Origin: a virus
Strand: one strand, 5' to 3'
DNA length: 64,000 nucleotides
IMG/VR virus record: IMGVR_UViG_3300048929_000691
The position numbers were made by a program, and so were the translations under genes. The notes under the pieces were generated by a model that saw nothing but the letters and a program-made list of their open reading frames with translations, searched no databases and was not told the origin of the DNA. Every line of letters begins with the position of its first letter. The stretch's first letter is position 1. Shown one piece after another: positions 29,301 to 39,856 of this stretch.

Positions 29301-32000
29301 GATTATGGTATAAAAATGCTTGCAGATTTCGGACAAAAATATAGTTACGATATGACTAAAATGTTAATAGCTTATAATCCAGGTGAAGGATTTATTAAGG
29401 TCAGTCCTGAAAACATAAAATTAAATGGTGGAAGTACACAACATATGGATTATTATATAAATAAAATAGCAAGAGTTTATGGGGAATGTTTGGCTGGAGG
29501 TGGTAAATCTGGAAGTACAAATACACCTAAAATTGGAGGCAGTACAGTAACCCCATATTCAGCAACTGGTGCTAGTGGAAAGTCCGTAGCAATAGATACC
29601 ACCAATCCATATGGTTATAAGCTTGCAATGTACAAGAATCCACATGCAGGGACTAAGCATGGAGATAAATTAAGTTCCATAGATACAAATAAATATGGTA
29701 CGGATTTTGTTGAAAAAATACTTGATCGTAGTACTGGAGAATTTAATTATGGTAAGATTGGTGAAAGTACGAAAGAAGCAAATGATAAAGATCATGTAAT
29801 TGAGCATATGTACAATGATTCTATTCAGTACAATTTAAATGGATTACTTGCGAGAGCCTTTCCAAGTTATTTATTAGTATTTTTAGATGAGCAGTCTGAC
29901 TGGGTAGATGGACAAAAGCTATGGACAAATTATTATATATCAAGAGCAGCAACAGATATTAATATACATGAAAGTGATGATAATCCTATAGCTGTAGCTC
30001 AGGTTTCATTAACAAATTTCAATGGAAATCTTACAAGTTCAGATGTTGGAGAAAGCATTAGTAGTGCAGGTTTTGACGATGGAGATTGGATTAGAAAATT
30101 CATGTTTGATGCGACAGGGACTATTTTTGATGAAAAAATAACTGACAAGATGATAGATTTAAAAAATAACTTATATGACCAGATAAATTTAGGGGAAGGT
30201 ACGCGAGTTCATATAAGACTTGGTTATGGTTCAAATCCATCCAGATATCCAGTTTGTTTTAATGGAACAATATCAGAAATTGATGCAGATGAAGTAATTA
30301 CTTTTGTTGCAGAATCAGATGGCTGTGAATTAATGAATGAACCTTTAACAGATAAAACGGAAGCCACCAATAAGGATTTAAAGCTTGGAGTTGAAGTAAG
30401 TAATATAATGGCTACTTTATTAGTAGCAAGGCAAAGTGATTTTGAATTTACTTTTAAACCAGAGTTCTTTAAGTATAAATCTAAATATGGAATAGAGAAT
30501 TTTGGGATTCATATACATGATGGAGATGAATTTAGTGTGAGTAATGCTCTTATTTCTTTAGGCGAACTCATAACTTTTCCAGCAGCTACATTAACTAATA
30601 TTGTTGATGAAGATAAGTATTATATGCAATATGACATAATAAAAAATATTTATAAAGGAACATATGAAGGCATTCCATTTTGCAAGGATCCATATAACCC
30701 AGCAGATGGTGAATTCAATTTTAGATTTTTTTGTAGCGGTAAAACTCCTTGGGATGTTATGAAAATGTGTGAAAAGGCAGTTCCAGAATTCGTTGTTTAT
30801 CCAAGATATTTTGGCTTTGAAACAAGAATGTTTTATGGCCTTCCTATATGGCTTTGTAAATATGATTATGCGGCTAATTCTGATGGAATTTATGAAAGAG
30901 CTAAATCTTTTGCACAGGTTCATGAAATAACTACGTTAGATAGCATTGTAAATAACAGCATTAAGTTAAATAGTAAAAATCATAATACTAATTATATCGG
31001 GATATATTCCTTAGGTGGAGATTTAAGTTCTACACCGGCTATAATGAGTGACAGAAATATAGATTGGTCAAAGCAAAGCACAAAAGTTGTTGATACAACA
31101 TCTGTTCAAGATTTTTCATGGGTACCAGGAATAATAACTAAGCTTCTTTCATGGACAGGTATGTATGATAATGGAAAGCAATTAGCCATAAATACCTGTG
31201 TAAGCGAACTTATGAACTCTTGGAAAAATACTTATGATGGAAATATTGTTGTCTTAGGACAACCACAGATAAGGGCTTACGATTATATATATATGAATGA
31301 TGAATACACCAATATGAGTGGCTTGTTCACTGTTAGAAGTGTAACTCACAGTTTAAGTATAGATTCAGGTTTTGTAACTACAATGACACCAGGTTTAATT
31401 GCCAATAACACATTAAAAAAGAGTGGAATTAGCAATGTTGTAAATTCAGTACAAGCCTTTTCAAAGTTTAAAATTAATATTACTGCATTAATAAATTCAT
31501 CCATATTAGCTTTCTATAAGGGTGGAGAAGGAAGTAAATATACAAAGCTAGCAAATATGTTTTTAAATAAGAAAAACTTTGTAAATGGCTTAGGAAAGAC
31601 TATGTTTAATTATGTAAAATCAACTAAAATGCTTACAAATGCAACTGAATTTTTAGAAGAAGTTAACACTGTTAAAAAGGCAGTAACTGTTTTTAAAGAT
31701 GTAAAGGAAGTTGCTACAGTGGTTTCTTCTTCTGCTGAAATTGCAGCAGGTACCATATTCCCACCTTCTATAATTATAATGATTGCATTAGATATTATTA
31801 TTAATATTGGTTTTACATGGCTTTATGATATGTTTGCTTATAGAAATTGCATTAATTTAGTACCACTATATGTATTGAAACCTGATGGAAAAACTTATCC
31901 ATTCTGTGCGTCTTGTGCAGGACAAAAGACATTGCTTCCAGGAAGTCCAGTGAGTGATAGTGGTGATGATTTACAAGGAAAAGAGGCAGGGGGGAAATAG
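26361..32000 (+). CDS. Baseplate hub / tail-associated lysin with NlpC/P60 peptidase and SLT lytic transglycosylase domains
   Basis: FDCSSLVSY...LQVGDILV...GHAALYIGNGQTAEA (NlpC/P60 Cys/His); IDPNFVKAVMYAES...GLMQI...NLDYGIKML...AYNPG (SLT); RVHIRLGYG...FNGTI and DYIYM...GLFTVRSVTHSL...GFVTT (gp27/gpD-like hub). Confidence 0.8.
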   Translation: MDTSAAKEQTTASTSASTADTNATGEPKTTEKAQKDDYSPQDIHVNMAKVTNVSKHKTMSYFGANAQATTRSDMNALKSRFDKYAEERHFEAAPPGYYDYIIYPHRQDAYNMADPTKILSSSSKSDGSLVSGDINRILRIGDFFSVIPPEFITVTTRSTDKSIQPLRQTGSIKIENGYSKKDIQISMILNGMDQINGYKVEGPMDYSYYVDGLRNLIAQMKFTPFMPIENTVVNITHGVNNVAIRNIYVETIAGFPEALQVVLTLDEFNVTPYLRIPNAFFDNSIDWDLFRWYTQKPLTNSSEVDNDFPKKLHAITTSALTNDFKFSILTKENAKNSDIQNKIYDESSYTEFISSDDDITLVKMSFSMGNIMPSIQLEYHEAPTMQFLGATDTEYGFIFQTSDSYLAGKFNELNRQNKQLIRTNKDANGLGFLRIENELVQLTGINCVVISDIKVETVPNFPGLYTITVMCTSYGSTQSKGEKLTAMRPFEGNREGTRGDLISMQPGGFLNKASQDTTIMSRFQELELYPDMHLPKYEEADEAIAKIRAFREKNNLLEMPMYTKYPRHKCIMPDSIVEKEYDGYLDPDFYVMSLVAYSDITINNTDKLKSSDISSTVSSASTDPISALMSKVSDPTDLFITPTITPDTATEPDYAYGYETLKLNNHHGFLAQWENKGEEDLKNSQKSSLAMSTGTSIEGAGVEMPHQINKKTGNVFVDLICDRVDAKCAYSMETSERCGVIVNGKQTFDCSSLVSYGLIAIGVLHSYTNTDGLETVGVQVSTDEVNDTSQLQVGDILVHHGSGPKGHAALYIGNGQTAEASSSTVGCIYGVAVRSSKPFNRVMRIPNLNELNEAFLSSHPGFYVGSGDSSSSSSSTESENTSDSSVDINTSSASGNGGGDAVVGKLGSNYEVQMNNWDDKILTHSLKYNIDPNFVKAVMYAESTGNVTEGIGTNCVGLMQINRSAHNLSEESLLDADFNLDYGIKMLADFGQKYSYDMTKMLIAYNPGEGFIKVSPENIKLNGGSTQHMDYYINKIARVYGECLAGGGKSGSTNTPKIGGSTVTPYSATGASGKSVAIDTTNPYGYKLAMYKNPHAGTKHGDKLSSIDTNKYGTDFVEKILDRSTGEFNYGKIGESTKEANDKDHVIEHMYNDSIQYNLNGLLARAFPSYLLVFLDEQSDWVDGQKLWTNYYISRAATDINIHESDDNPIAVAQVSLTNFNGNLTSSDVGESISSAGFDDGDWIRKFMFDATGTIFDEKITDKMIDLKNNLYDQINLGEGTRVHIRLGYGSNPSRYPVCFNGTISEIDADEVITFVAESDGCELMNEPLTDKTEATNKDLKLGVEVSNIMATLLVARQSDFEFTFKPEFFKYKSKYGIENFGIHIHDGDEFSVSNALISLGELITFPAATLTNIVDEDKYYMQYDIIKNIYKGTYEGIPFCKDPYNPADGEFNFRFFCSGKTPWDVMKMCEKAVPEFVVYPRYFGFETRMFYGLPIWLCKYDYAANSDGIYERAKSFAQVHEITTLDSIVNNSIKLNSKNHNTNYIGIYSLGGDLSSTPAIMSDRNIDWSKQSTKVVDTTSVQDFSWVPGIITKLLSWTGMYDNGKQLAINTCVSELMNSWKNTYDGNIVVLGQPQIRAYDYIYMNDEYTNMSGLFTVRSVTHSLSIDSGFVTTMTPGLIANNTLKKSGISNVVNSVQAFSKFKINITALINSSILAFYKGGEGSKYTKLANMFLNKKNFVNGLGKTMFNYVKSTKMLTNATEFLEEVNTVKKAVTVFKDVKEVATVVSSSAEIAAGTIFPPSIIIMIALDIIINIGFTWLYDMFAYRNCINLVPLYVLKPDGKTYPFCASCAGQKTLLPGSPVSDSGDDLQGKEAGGK

Positions 32001-32002
32001 TT

Positions 32003-32767
32003 TTGAGTATAGTTAACAAAATATCAGAAACCGTTCAAAATACCACTATATCTAACATTAATTTAGTTAAAGGAACAGTATTAAATTATGATAGTACAAA
32101 TAATTTAGCAGATGTTTATATTGATAGTTTATCAAGTGGAGGAAATACTACTTTAACAGATGTTCCTATACAAATTTCCTCAAAAGGCGTTCATTCCAGC
32201 GGATTAAGTATAAATGATATTGTATATATACAGTTTGCAAACAGTTCCCTTTTTCAACCTAAGATAGTTGGTATTGCTGATGAAGTATATGCTTATAATA
32301 CAAGAATAAAAGAAAGGCATTTAAGAAAAGGTGAGCTTACACTAAATCAGGATACTTTAAATAGTGAAATAACTTCACCATCTTGTAAAACATGGATAGA
32401 CAATGATAATAGAAGTCTAATAAAAACAGGTGAATACTCAAATGCTAATCCTATAAGTGATGCAGATAAGCTCATGTATTCAAAAGGAAATTTTAATGGG
32501 CAGGATATTGGAATCTATAACCCAGTGTCATCAAGTGTTATTAAAATTACCGATACTGGCATTATAAATATATTTGTAGAAACAAATACAGGTATTAAAA
32601 TAGACCCTACTAATAAAACAATCGAGATATTAGGAAATAATGTATGTACTAAAACAGAAAATTGGTCGGTAATTACTAATAGTATAGATATTAAAGCAAG
32701 GGATAAAATAACCATAACAGCGAGGGAATTAGAGCTCAATGTTGATAATATAACAGGGGTGAAATAA
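32003..32767 (+). CDS. Baseplate central spike (gpV/gp45-like OB-fold)
   Basis: TTG start with RBS AGGGGGGA; KGTVLNYD...ADVYI...DVPIQ...DIVYIQF...PKIVG, then short beta-strand repeats; follows the hub. Confidence 0.6.
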   Translation: MSIVNKISETVQNTTISNINLVKGTVLNYDSTNNLADVYIDSLSSGGNTTLTDVPIQISSKGVHSSGLSINDIVYIQFANSSLFQPKIVGIADEVYAYNTRIKERHLRKGELTLNQDTLNSEITSPSCKTWIDNDNRSLIKTGEYSNANPISDADKLMYSKGNFNGQDIGIYNPVSSSVIKITDTGIINIFVETNTGIKIDPTNKTIEILGNNVCTKTENWSVITNSIDIKARDKITITARELELNVDNITGVK

Positions 32768-33184
32768 GTGATAGTAAGGGATTTTGCAATAAGTGATAAC
32801 GGGGAGCTTAAATTTGATATAAGCAAAAAAGATGCTGCTAGAGCCATGGAAGATGGATTAATTAGACAAATTGCATTATGCAGAATTAAATCTGTAGTTA
32901 ATGACTGGTTTAACACTAATATTGGGGCAAATCTTGAAGAATTTATAGGTGAAGCCTGTAATGAAACTACAGCTAAAAAGATGATAAGTGCAATAGAAAA
33001 TTCAGTTTCTTATGATGGGTTTTTATCTAAAAAGGAAATATACTGCATATCACAACTGGAAAAAAACAGCATTGGAATATTAGTTTTTATAAACAGCCAA
33101 TATGGAAATTCAACTTCTTTAATAAATGTACGAATTGATGTAGTTGGAGGTGTAAAGATAAATTATGGAACTTATAAACAATAA
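32768..33184 (+). CDS. gp25/gpW-like baseplate wedge protein
   Basis: RQIALCRIKS...WF...IGANLEEFIG pattern, size and position between spike and J-like gene. Confidence 0.65.
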   Translation: MIVRDFAISDNGELKFDISKKDAARAMEDGLIRQIALCRIKSVVNDWFNTNIGANLEEFIGEACNETTAKKMISAIENSVSYDGFLSKKEIYCISQLEKNSIGILVFINSQYGNSTSLINVRIDVVGGVKINYGTYKQ

Positions 33185-34007
33185 AAGTTTTAATGAGATA
33201 TGTGAGCAACTGAATGAGCAGTTTAGTCAAAACGGATTTACAACTACTCCTGGAGGAACTGCAAAGTTGTTTGCAGATATAATAGCAAAGAATCTAGCAG
33301 AGTTTTATGATACTTTGGAGTTAAATCATGTACAAGCCTTTGTAACTACTGCCACAGGAGAATTTTTAAATGCTATAGGAAAGTTATTGTCCTGCGAAAG
33401 AATACCTAACGAAGTAGATGATGATTATAGAAAGAGAATAACCAGTCAGTGTTTAAGCCTTTCAAAAGCTAATGAAACATCCATAAGACTTGCAGCCTTA
33501 GGAATTAAATACGTAGATGATATTGTTATGAAGAAATATTCCAATGGTCCAGGAAGTTTCACGGTTATGCCAATAATAAGTTCATCTGCTAAAGCTGAAG
33601 ATGATACTTTAAATAAAGTACAAAAAGCAATATTAGGTGTATGCTCCTATGGAGAAAAGGTGATCATTAAATTGCCAACATTGAAATATGTTAAGCTGTC
33701 AATCTCTTTAACTTATTCAAATAATCTTACAGATACAGAAAAGCAATCCTTAGCTGTTGCTGTAAGGACAAATATTATAGATTATATTAATTCCATTTCT
33801 ATTGGAGATGTTCTTATTATAAATGAACTTACTAAAGTAATTATGCAAACTACTTTAAATAATACAAAAGATAATAACGAAATAGTTAATTATGCATGTA
33901 ATTTATTGAAGGTAAATGATGAAGTATGCTTGTTTATTAATCAAGGCTTAAGATGGGATGAAAAATTTCAGGTATCAACAGATACAGACGCAATTACAGT
34001 AGCATAA
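33165..34007 (+). CDS. Baseplate J-like protein
   Basis: FVTTATGEFLNAIGKLL.C.R...E.DDDYRKRI; ANETSIRLAALGI..V.D; GPGSFTV. Confidence 0.75.
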   Translation: MELINNKSFNEICEQLNEQFSQNGFTTTPGGTAKLFADIIAKNLAEFYDTLELNHVQAFVTTATGEFLNAIGKLLSCERIPNEVDDDYRKRITSQCLSLSKANETSIRLAALGIKYVDDIVMKKYSNGPGSFTVMPIISSSAKAEDDTLNKVQKAILGVCSYGEKVIIKLPTLKYVKLSISLTYSNNLTDTEKQSLAVAVRTNIIDYINSISIGDVLIINELTKVIMQTTLNNTKDNNEIVNYACNLLKVNDEVCLFINQGLRWDEKFQVSTDTDAITVA

Positions 34008-34020
34008 AGGAGAGAATACG

Positions 34021-34701
34021 ATGTTCTACAATAGTGAGCCAGAAGTACAAGTTGAAATAGTAAAAGCAGTAACGGCAGTTTTAACTTCAATCATAGCTAT
34101 AATTGGCACATATGTTGGAATAAAGAGGAAAAGAAGAAAAAGTTCCAATGATGAAGAAAATGATAAACTAAGGTTAATTTATCATCCTGTATTTACAAGG
34201 ATTGAATATAACAAAAATACAATTAGAAATTGTTTTGAAATGAAAAATAGGGGAAAAGAAATATTATTTAAAGAAATAATCAGTAAACATCTTGATATTT
34301 GTAGGTTTTTCTTAAAAGACTTTGTGAAATATGTAGATAATAATGAGGATATTGATTATAACCAATTAGAAAATAGAAGTGTTGAGGTGCTTAGTAAAAT
34401 AATAAATGAATTAAATTATTTTTACATAAGTGATACATCATATTCTACAGAAGAAAAAAAGGTGTTAGAAATTGTTTTAGAAAAATATCAGTTATGGAAT
34501 AGTCATAGACAAAGCATAGCTGTTGATATGATTAAAAATGTTTGTGGCTCAGTATTTTATCCTGATGCCTATACTAAAACTGTAACTATTTTAGATATAT
34601 TTTTATTTTTAATTACAGATGTTGTAGAACAATCAGATAAAACACTAAATAGTATTAATGGAGATTTGAAAGGATTAGTTTTTAGAGGGGTGATGATTTA
34701 A
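34021..34701 (+). CDS. Single-TM membrane protein, possibly holin-like
   Basis: Hydrophobic IVKAVTAVLTSIIAIIGTYVGI followed by KRKRRK and a helical soluble domain. Confidence 0.4.
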   Translation: MFYNSEPEVQVEIVKAVTAVLTSIIAIIGTYVGIKRKRRKSSNDEENDKLRLIYHPVFTRIEYNKNTIRNCFEMKNRGKEILFKEIISKHLDICRFFLKDFVKYVDNNEDIDYNQLENRSVEVLSKIINELNYFYISDTSYSTEEKKVLEIVLEKYQLWNSHRQSIAVDMIKNVCGSVFYPDAYTKTVTILDIFLFLITDVVEQSDKTLNSINGDLKGLVFRGVMI

Positions 34702-34703
34702 AG

Positions 34704-35843
34704 ATGTCAGATTTTAAGTTCGCCAAATATACTGAAAAAATAAGATCCATGTTACCATTTTGGTTTCAAATGAGAAAGCAACCCGCAGAGTCTATCGGGT
34801 TGCAATTTTTAAATTTTTTTGGAATTCAGCTAGATGATATAGAATATATTTTAAATTATGCATATAAGCAAACAAGAATAGAAGATGCAGATACTAAGTT
34901 TGTTGACATTGTATATAAGGCAATACTGCCTTCTTATTATAATATGAGTAGTATCAATATTATTTCTACTAAGCATGAGCTATTGAGTAAAGCTGATAAA
35001 TTATATGATTTTTTTGGCCTCGGATATAATTATGGAATAATAGATAATAATATTATGCAGCCAGATTATTATTTTTTGGACATTGAAAATAAAATTATTT
35101 ATGTAAGGGAAGCTTATGATATTGATGATACCTATGAAAGTGGCCAGATAACTGTAGAATTAAAAGATGGAACCATTAATACTTTTTCATTATCTATTCA
35201 TCAAATTTGGAATTACTTTGATGAATTTGGAGCTTTACTTTCATGTCCAAGATTATATGGAGAAAAAAATGAAGAATATAAAAATAGAATATTAGATGTC
35301 TTTAAAAATCCTGCAAATTCAAGTAAAAATGGGCTAGCTAATGCTATATCAAGGGAACTTGGTATGAGAAAGCATAAGGTATGGAAAGATACAAATGAAG
35401 ATTTTGTAATTAAAGATTCTATGGTTATAGCCAACTTAATTAAAGTGAAAAATGAAATTGTTAAGGAAGAAGACATACTTTATACTCCAGAAGGATATTT
35501 AGTGATTAAAGCTCTTGGAACCAATGAAAGATATGTTGAGGTCAGTTATATTAGTGGACTTGAAATAAAAGCATTAATAGATCATAGTAATAATAAATTT
35601 AGCAATGAGACCTATAATGCTAATGGAATACCCAAGGATTTAATGCTAAAGTATGTAAAAAATATTAAGAATAACTGCAGCATTATGTGGGATGACTTTA
35701 TGTATAATGAAGCATGCTGGATACAAAATAGTGATGAATATACGGTAGATACCTTTGGGTTTATTCCAGCTACATATGATTCTAATATCAAAGGGTTCGG
35801 TGATTATGGATATTTTGATAAGGGGGGATATAAAAGATGGTAA
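34704..35843 (+). CDS. Probable baseplate wedge protein
   Basis: NYFDEFGALLSCPRLYGEKNEEYKNRILDVFKNPANSSKNGL.NAISRELG echoes the J/I-type R...E.D..YR.RI motif. Confidence 0.55.
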   Translation: MSDFKFAKYTEKIRSMLPFWFQMRKQPAESIGLQFLNFFGIQLDDIEYILNYAYKQTRIEDADTKFVDIVYKAILPSYYNMSSINIISTKHELLSKADKLYDFFGLGYNYGIIDNNIMQPDYYFLDIENKIIYVREAYDIDDTYESGQITVELKDGTINTFSLSIHQIWNYFDEFGALLSCPRLYGEKNEEYKNRILDVFKNPANSSKNGLANAISRELGMRKHKVWKDTNEDFVIKDSMVIANLIKVKNEIVKEEDILYTPEGYLVIKALGTNERYVEVSYISGLEIKALIDHSNNKFSNETYNANGIPKDLMLKYVKNIKNNCSIMWDDFMYNEACWIQNSDEYTVDTFGFIPATYDSNIKGFGDYGYFDKGGYKRW

Positions 35844-38800
35844 TTGAAAAATTTCAATATAAAATAACCATTACAATAGAGAATTTGGTTATGAATTCTC
35901 TAGTTGACTTATCAAAGACGATTACCAAACAAAATATTGATTTATCAAGCACAGAACCAGTACAGCTTGAGAAACATAATTTAATAGATTATTTTTCAAG
36001 GGAAATAGGGAGATTTTGTGCGCGAAATAGCATAAGTCAAAAGGATTTAGCACTATATGGTTATGAAATTACATCTAATACTAATGGAATAGAGGTTTAT
36101 TTTAATACTGATGATACAAATGTATTTAGTCCTGAACCTGCTATAATGGCAAAATTAAGTGCTACAAAGGTGCAGCCAGTATTAAAGTGCGTTCAGCTAT
36201 ACAATAATGTAGTTAAGTGGTACTGGGAAGCCAGCGAAGAAATAAAATATCTTAAAGATGAACATGATAAAATAATTTATCAGGTACCAAGTGGAATTGG
36301 ATATTATATTGAAGGTGATTTAAAGACAGGGGCAACCTATACTAGATATCTTAGTGCTATAAATTCAGCTTTAGAAGAATTACAATCACTGCCTTGTTCC
36401 ATAACATTATTGGAGCAAACAGAAGAAAGCACTTATCCTGTTTTTGAAGTTGAAGATAGAGATGAGACCCTTTGCGAAATAAACAAAGATTATCCAAGTA
36501 AGTTAAAAGCTTTTGCTTCAGGAGTTGGAGATGATAATGACTGTTTGTTATGCAAAGCAAGTGATTTAAGCTTAAATCATAAGTTTAAACTATACAATAA
36601 GATTTATGGTATAAGAGCAAGCAATGATATAAAACATCATGCTATAAAATTTAAATACAGATTTAAATTAGTAGGGGAAGTTCCATATTTGGGATATAGA
36701 GCAGCCTTTACAGTAAGAGTTACAGCACAAGAGTGTAATAATCTCTTAGCTGATTCAAAAGGTGAAGTGCTTTATGGACAGCCTATGGTTAGTGAAAAGA
36801 ACTTATCTTACACTTTAGACGATAATGTTCAAGTTGCAGAAATATATTTATATCAATTTTTTCCTAATCTTTTAGTAGAAAATTATAAAAAAAGATATAA
36901 ATTTACAATAGAAATTTTTAATACCTCTGGTGAGGCTGTGGTTTATAGTCCTGCATATGGTGGAAGAGCTATAAAAAATAATAATTCCTTTTCTTGGAGT
37001 GAACATGGTTACTTTGACCATATGTTTACAGTTGGAGCAAAGGCTACTAGACTTACTAAAGAATATGTTGAATGGTATCCAACAAAGGATTATGATCCAC
37101 TTACTGGAGTGATTAATGGAGATTTTGAAAGTAGCAAGGATGGCTTAAAGGATCTTCATGTTAATATGAATACCTTTGATACGTCAAAATCAGTAATAAA
37201 TAAAAAATATTATTGTGTATTTGAAACTATTTCACCAGATAGCGGTTATGTACAATTTAAATGGGACAATCCGGTTAAAGATTGTGACTATTCGCAAGTA
37301 GATGGAGATGGCATTACCTTTTATTCAAATTCAATTTTTGCAGATGATAGTGAGCACAGTGAATTTATAACTCAAACAGAAGTAGGACCATATGTTATAG
37401 AGGATAATAGAGATCATAAATATACTTATACTATATCAGGAATCTCTGTTGATTTAGCGGCATATAAAAGATTTGAGCTAAGAATAGTACCAAGTATTAA
37501 TGATATTTTAATTATAAGTAACATTCCAGATTTAATTATAAAGGAAGATGGAAGCATAGATACTACAGTTACCGTAACCTGTAGAAACTTGCAAAGTGCA
37601 ACTGCAAAATGGAGTCCAAGTATTCATAATGGATATTACTATTATAATCAAAATGAATATTTTTTATATTCCAAATGTGTACCAGATGATCAAAACCTTA
37701 TCGAAGAGGATCTTTACTTAACTAAAGATGTTCAAGTAAAGTTAGAAATAGGAGTACAAGGAGAAAAGAAGGAAAATAAAAAATATACTTATCATTTATT
37801 TACGAAAGAAGATCTCCTTCTCGATAGTTATCACTATGAATGGGCTGATGACATGGTATGGCCTAAAGCAATTGAATCGTATAATGATTATTATAGTGAA
37901 TATGCACCATACTATGAATATTATACAAAGCCATTTGTCTTTAATGATAAGGTAACTCATTATTCCAAAATCACATGGGATGAGGCTGGAACACCAAATA
38001 GTACAATAGAAGTTTATGCCTATGCTTATGATGAAATAAATGGAGTTTATAATTCTCCAGTAAGAATATATAGGGATAAGGAAATTCCAAAAGAATTGCA
38101 GTTATCTAGAACTTTAATATTAAAATTTGTGTTGAAGCCATCAAGAAAACCTAAGCTTAGGAAAAGGACTCTTCTTTATGACTGCGAAGCTGATTGGCGA
38201 AATCATATGAATTTTTATTTATCGTATAATGTATCCTATAATGAGGAAATTCTTATGCCAATGTCTTATTCTGTAGATGGCGCATATGTGGGAACTTTTA
38301 TGGATTTAGGAGATACTGCAGAAGAAATAAAAGAAAGAAGTATAGAGTTTAATCCTGTTTACCAAGGGGAAATAGAAATTTATATGGTACAGGCTGATCA
38401 TAAAAATGATATTCAAGGTAACGTAAAGTATTTTGATTGGCAGAAGGTTGATATAAATACAGTAAAAACTGATTTAAAAAGATTCATAAGGTATATGATA
38501 ATATTAAAACCAAATTCAAAAATATTTTATATGGAAATGAAAGTCCAAAGATATGAATATACTGATGAAGAAAGAAAAGATTATCTGCCAGGCTTTGGGA
38601 ATATATATGTTGAAGCTCTTAGTTATTATGATTATTATTTATTTCACCATAATAATACATCTATTTATCCAGGAGAGACACATATATCAGAAACCTCACC
38701 AACTTGCTCTGTATGTGGCCTTGATGCTTCCACTTGTACTTTAGTTGAGCATATTGTAACTACAGATGAAGCAAAATATGAGTATGTATTTACTCATTCT

Positions 38801-39856
38801 TTAAAATATGATACTAAAGATGAGTTATTAATTGGTGATTTAAATGGAGAATTAACTAATTTAGCAACTGCACTAGGATTTAATGCGGGGAATGTAGTTA
38901 ATACTAATTTTTATCCATATGGAGATATTTCAGATTTTTCAATATCTAAGGTAGGAAATGAAGTTCATATTAAAAGTGATGATATATTATATGATGAACA
39001 GCTCATAGAAAATAATCAAGCTGGAGCTAAGTATGCAATCACTGATAATACCATTACTTTATCGCCAATTCCTCAACAGTATGCACCAATAATTATTTAC
39101 TGTGACGAACGTGATGAAGCATATACACAGGTATTCTTTACAGATGAAAATTATAATTATGTTTTAACGAATACAGAAGAGTTTGAGTCCTTAGGCTTTA
39201 AGACTTTATATTTGAAATATTTAAACATAGATATCAAGAGTTTAAAAGTCGAAATAGACTATAAAGAATATTTGCAGTATACTATAAAGGACAATGTAAT
39301 AATTTTTAATGAAAAAATTAAAAAGGGAGCTAATATTAAAGTTACTTACAAGTTATTGAATTCTTTTGCTGTCAATTATGATTACTCAAAAGATACTTTT
39401 AAGATAGATTTTAATAAAGAAACTGGAGAAAATGTTCAAAATATAAAAATATTTTATGAGACAAATAAAATTTCTTCATGTAGGGAATTAAGTGATATAA
39501 GCTTTAATCCTATATATAGTGCAAGATATAATGGGTATGTTTTTATATGTGATTACGTAGATGAACCAAGAAGTGTAACAATATATCCATCAAGTGATTA
39601 TATATATGCTAATGGACTTGATACAATGAATACGCTAGTTCAGGTATTAGATAAAAATAGTAATCCAATAGAAAATGTTAAGGTTAATATAGTAGCAGCT
39701 AAAGGCAGCATTAACATAAGAAATGAAAAGACAGATTCTAATGGAATCATATATTGCAGATATACAGCTTCACTAGAAAATTGTATTGATACTATTAAAG
39801 CAACTGTATCAACGGATGTAAAAGATGAAGTTAAAATATATAATAGAAAGTTGTGA
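35837..39856 (+). CDS. Large baseplate/structural protein with C-terminal invasin/intimin-type Ig (Big_1-like) domain
   Basis: 1339-aa ORF; C-terminal [30 protein letters not shown]...TDSNGI...YTAS. Confidence 0.6.
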   Translation: MVIEKFQYKITITIENLVMNSLVDLSKTITKQNIDLSSTEPVQLEKHNLIDYFSREIGRFCARNSISQKDLALYGYEITSNTNGIEVYFNTDDTNVFSPEPAIMAKLSATKVQPVLKCVQLYNNVVKWYWEASEEIKYLKDEHDKIIYQVPSGIGYYIEGDLKTGATYTRYLSAINSALEELQSLPCSITLLEQTEESTYPVFEVEDRDETLCEINKDYPSKLKAFASGVGDDNDCLLCKASDLSLNHKFKLYNKIYGIRASNDIKHHAIKFKYRFKLVGEVPYLGYRAAFTVRVTAQECNNLLADSKGEVLYGQPMVSEKNLSYTLDDNVQVAEIYLYQFFPNLLVENYKKRYKFTIEIFNTSGEAVVYSPAYGGRAIKNNNSFSWSEHGYFDHMFTVGAKATRLTKEYVEWYPTKDYDPLTGVINGDFESSKDGLKDLHVNMNTFDTSKSVINKKYYCVFETISPDSGYVQFKWDNPVKDCDYSQVDGDGITFYSNSIFADDSEHSEFITQTEVGPYVIEDNRDHKYTYTISGISVDLAAYKRFELRIVPSINDILIISNIPDLIIKEDGSIDTTVTVTCRNLQSATAKWSPSIHNGYYYYNQNEYFLYSKCVPDDQNLIEEDLYLTKDVQVKLEIGVQGEKKENKKYTYHLFTKEDLLLDSYHYEWADDMVWPKAIESYNDYYSEYAPYYEYYTKPFVFNDKVTHYSKITWDEAGTPNSTIEVYAYAYDEINGVYNSPVRIYRDKEIPKELQLSRTLILKFVLKPSRKPKLRKRTLLYDCEADWRNHMNFYLSYNVSYNEEILMPMSYSVDGAYVGTFMDLGDTAEEIKERSIEFNPVYQGEIEIYMVQADHKNDIQGNVKYFDWQKVDINTVKTDLKRFIRYMIILKPNSKIFYMEMKVQRYEYTDEERKDYLPGFGNIYVEALSYYDYYLFHHNNTSIYPGETHISETSPTCSVCGLDASTCTLVEHIVTTDEAKYEYVFTHSLKYDTKDELLIGDLNGELTNLATALGFNAGNVVNTNFYPYGDISDFSISKVGNEVHIKSDDILYDEQLIENNQAGAKYAITDNTITLSPIPQQYAPIIIYCDERDEAYTQVFFTDENYNYVLTNTEEFESLGFKTLYLKYLNIDIKSLKVEIDYKEYLQYTIKDNVIIFNEKIKKGANIKVTYKLLNSFAVNYDYSKDTFKIDFNKETGENVQNIKIFYETNKISSCRELSDISFNPIYSARYNGYVFICDYVDEPRSVTIYPSSDYIYANGLDTMNTLVQVLDKNSNPIENVKVNIVAAKGSINIRNEKTDSNGIIYCRYTASLENCIDTIKATVSTDVKDEVKIYNRKL

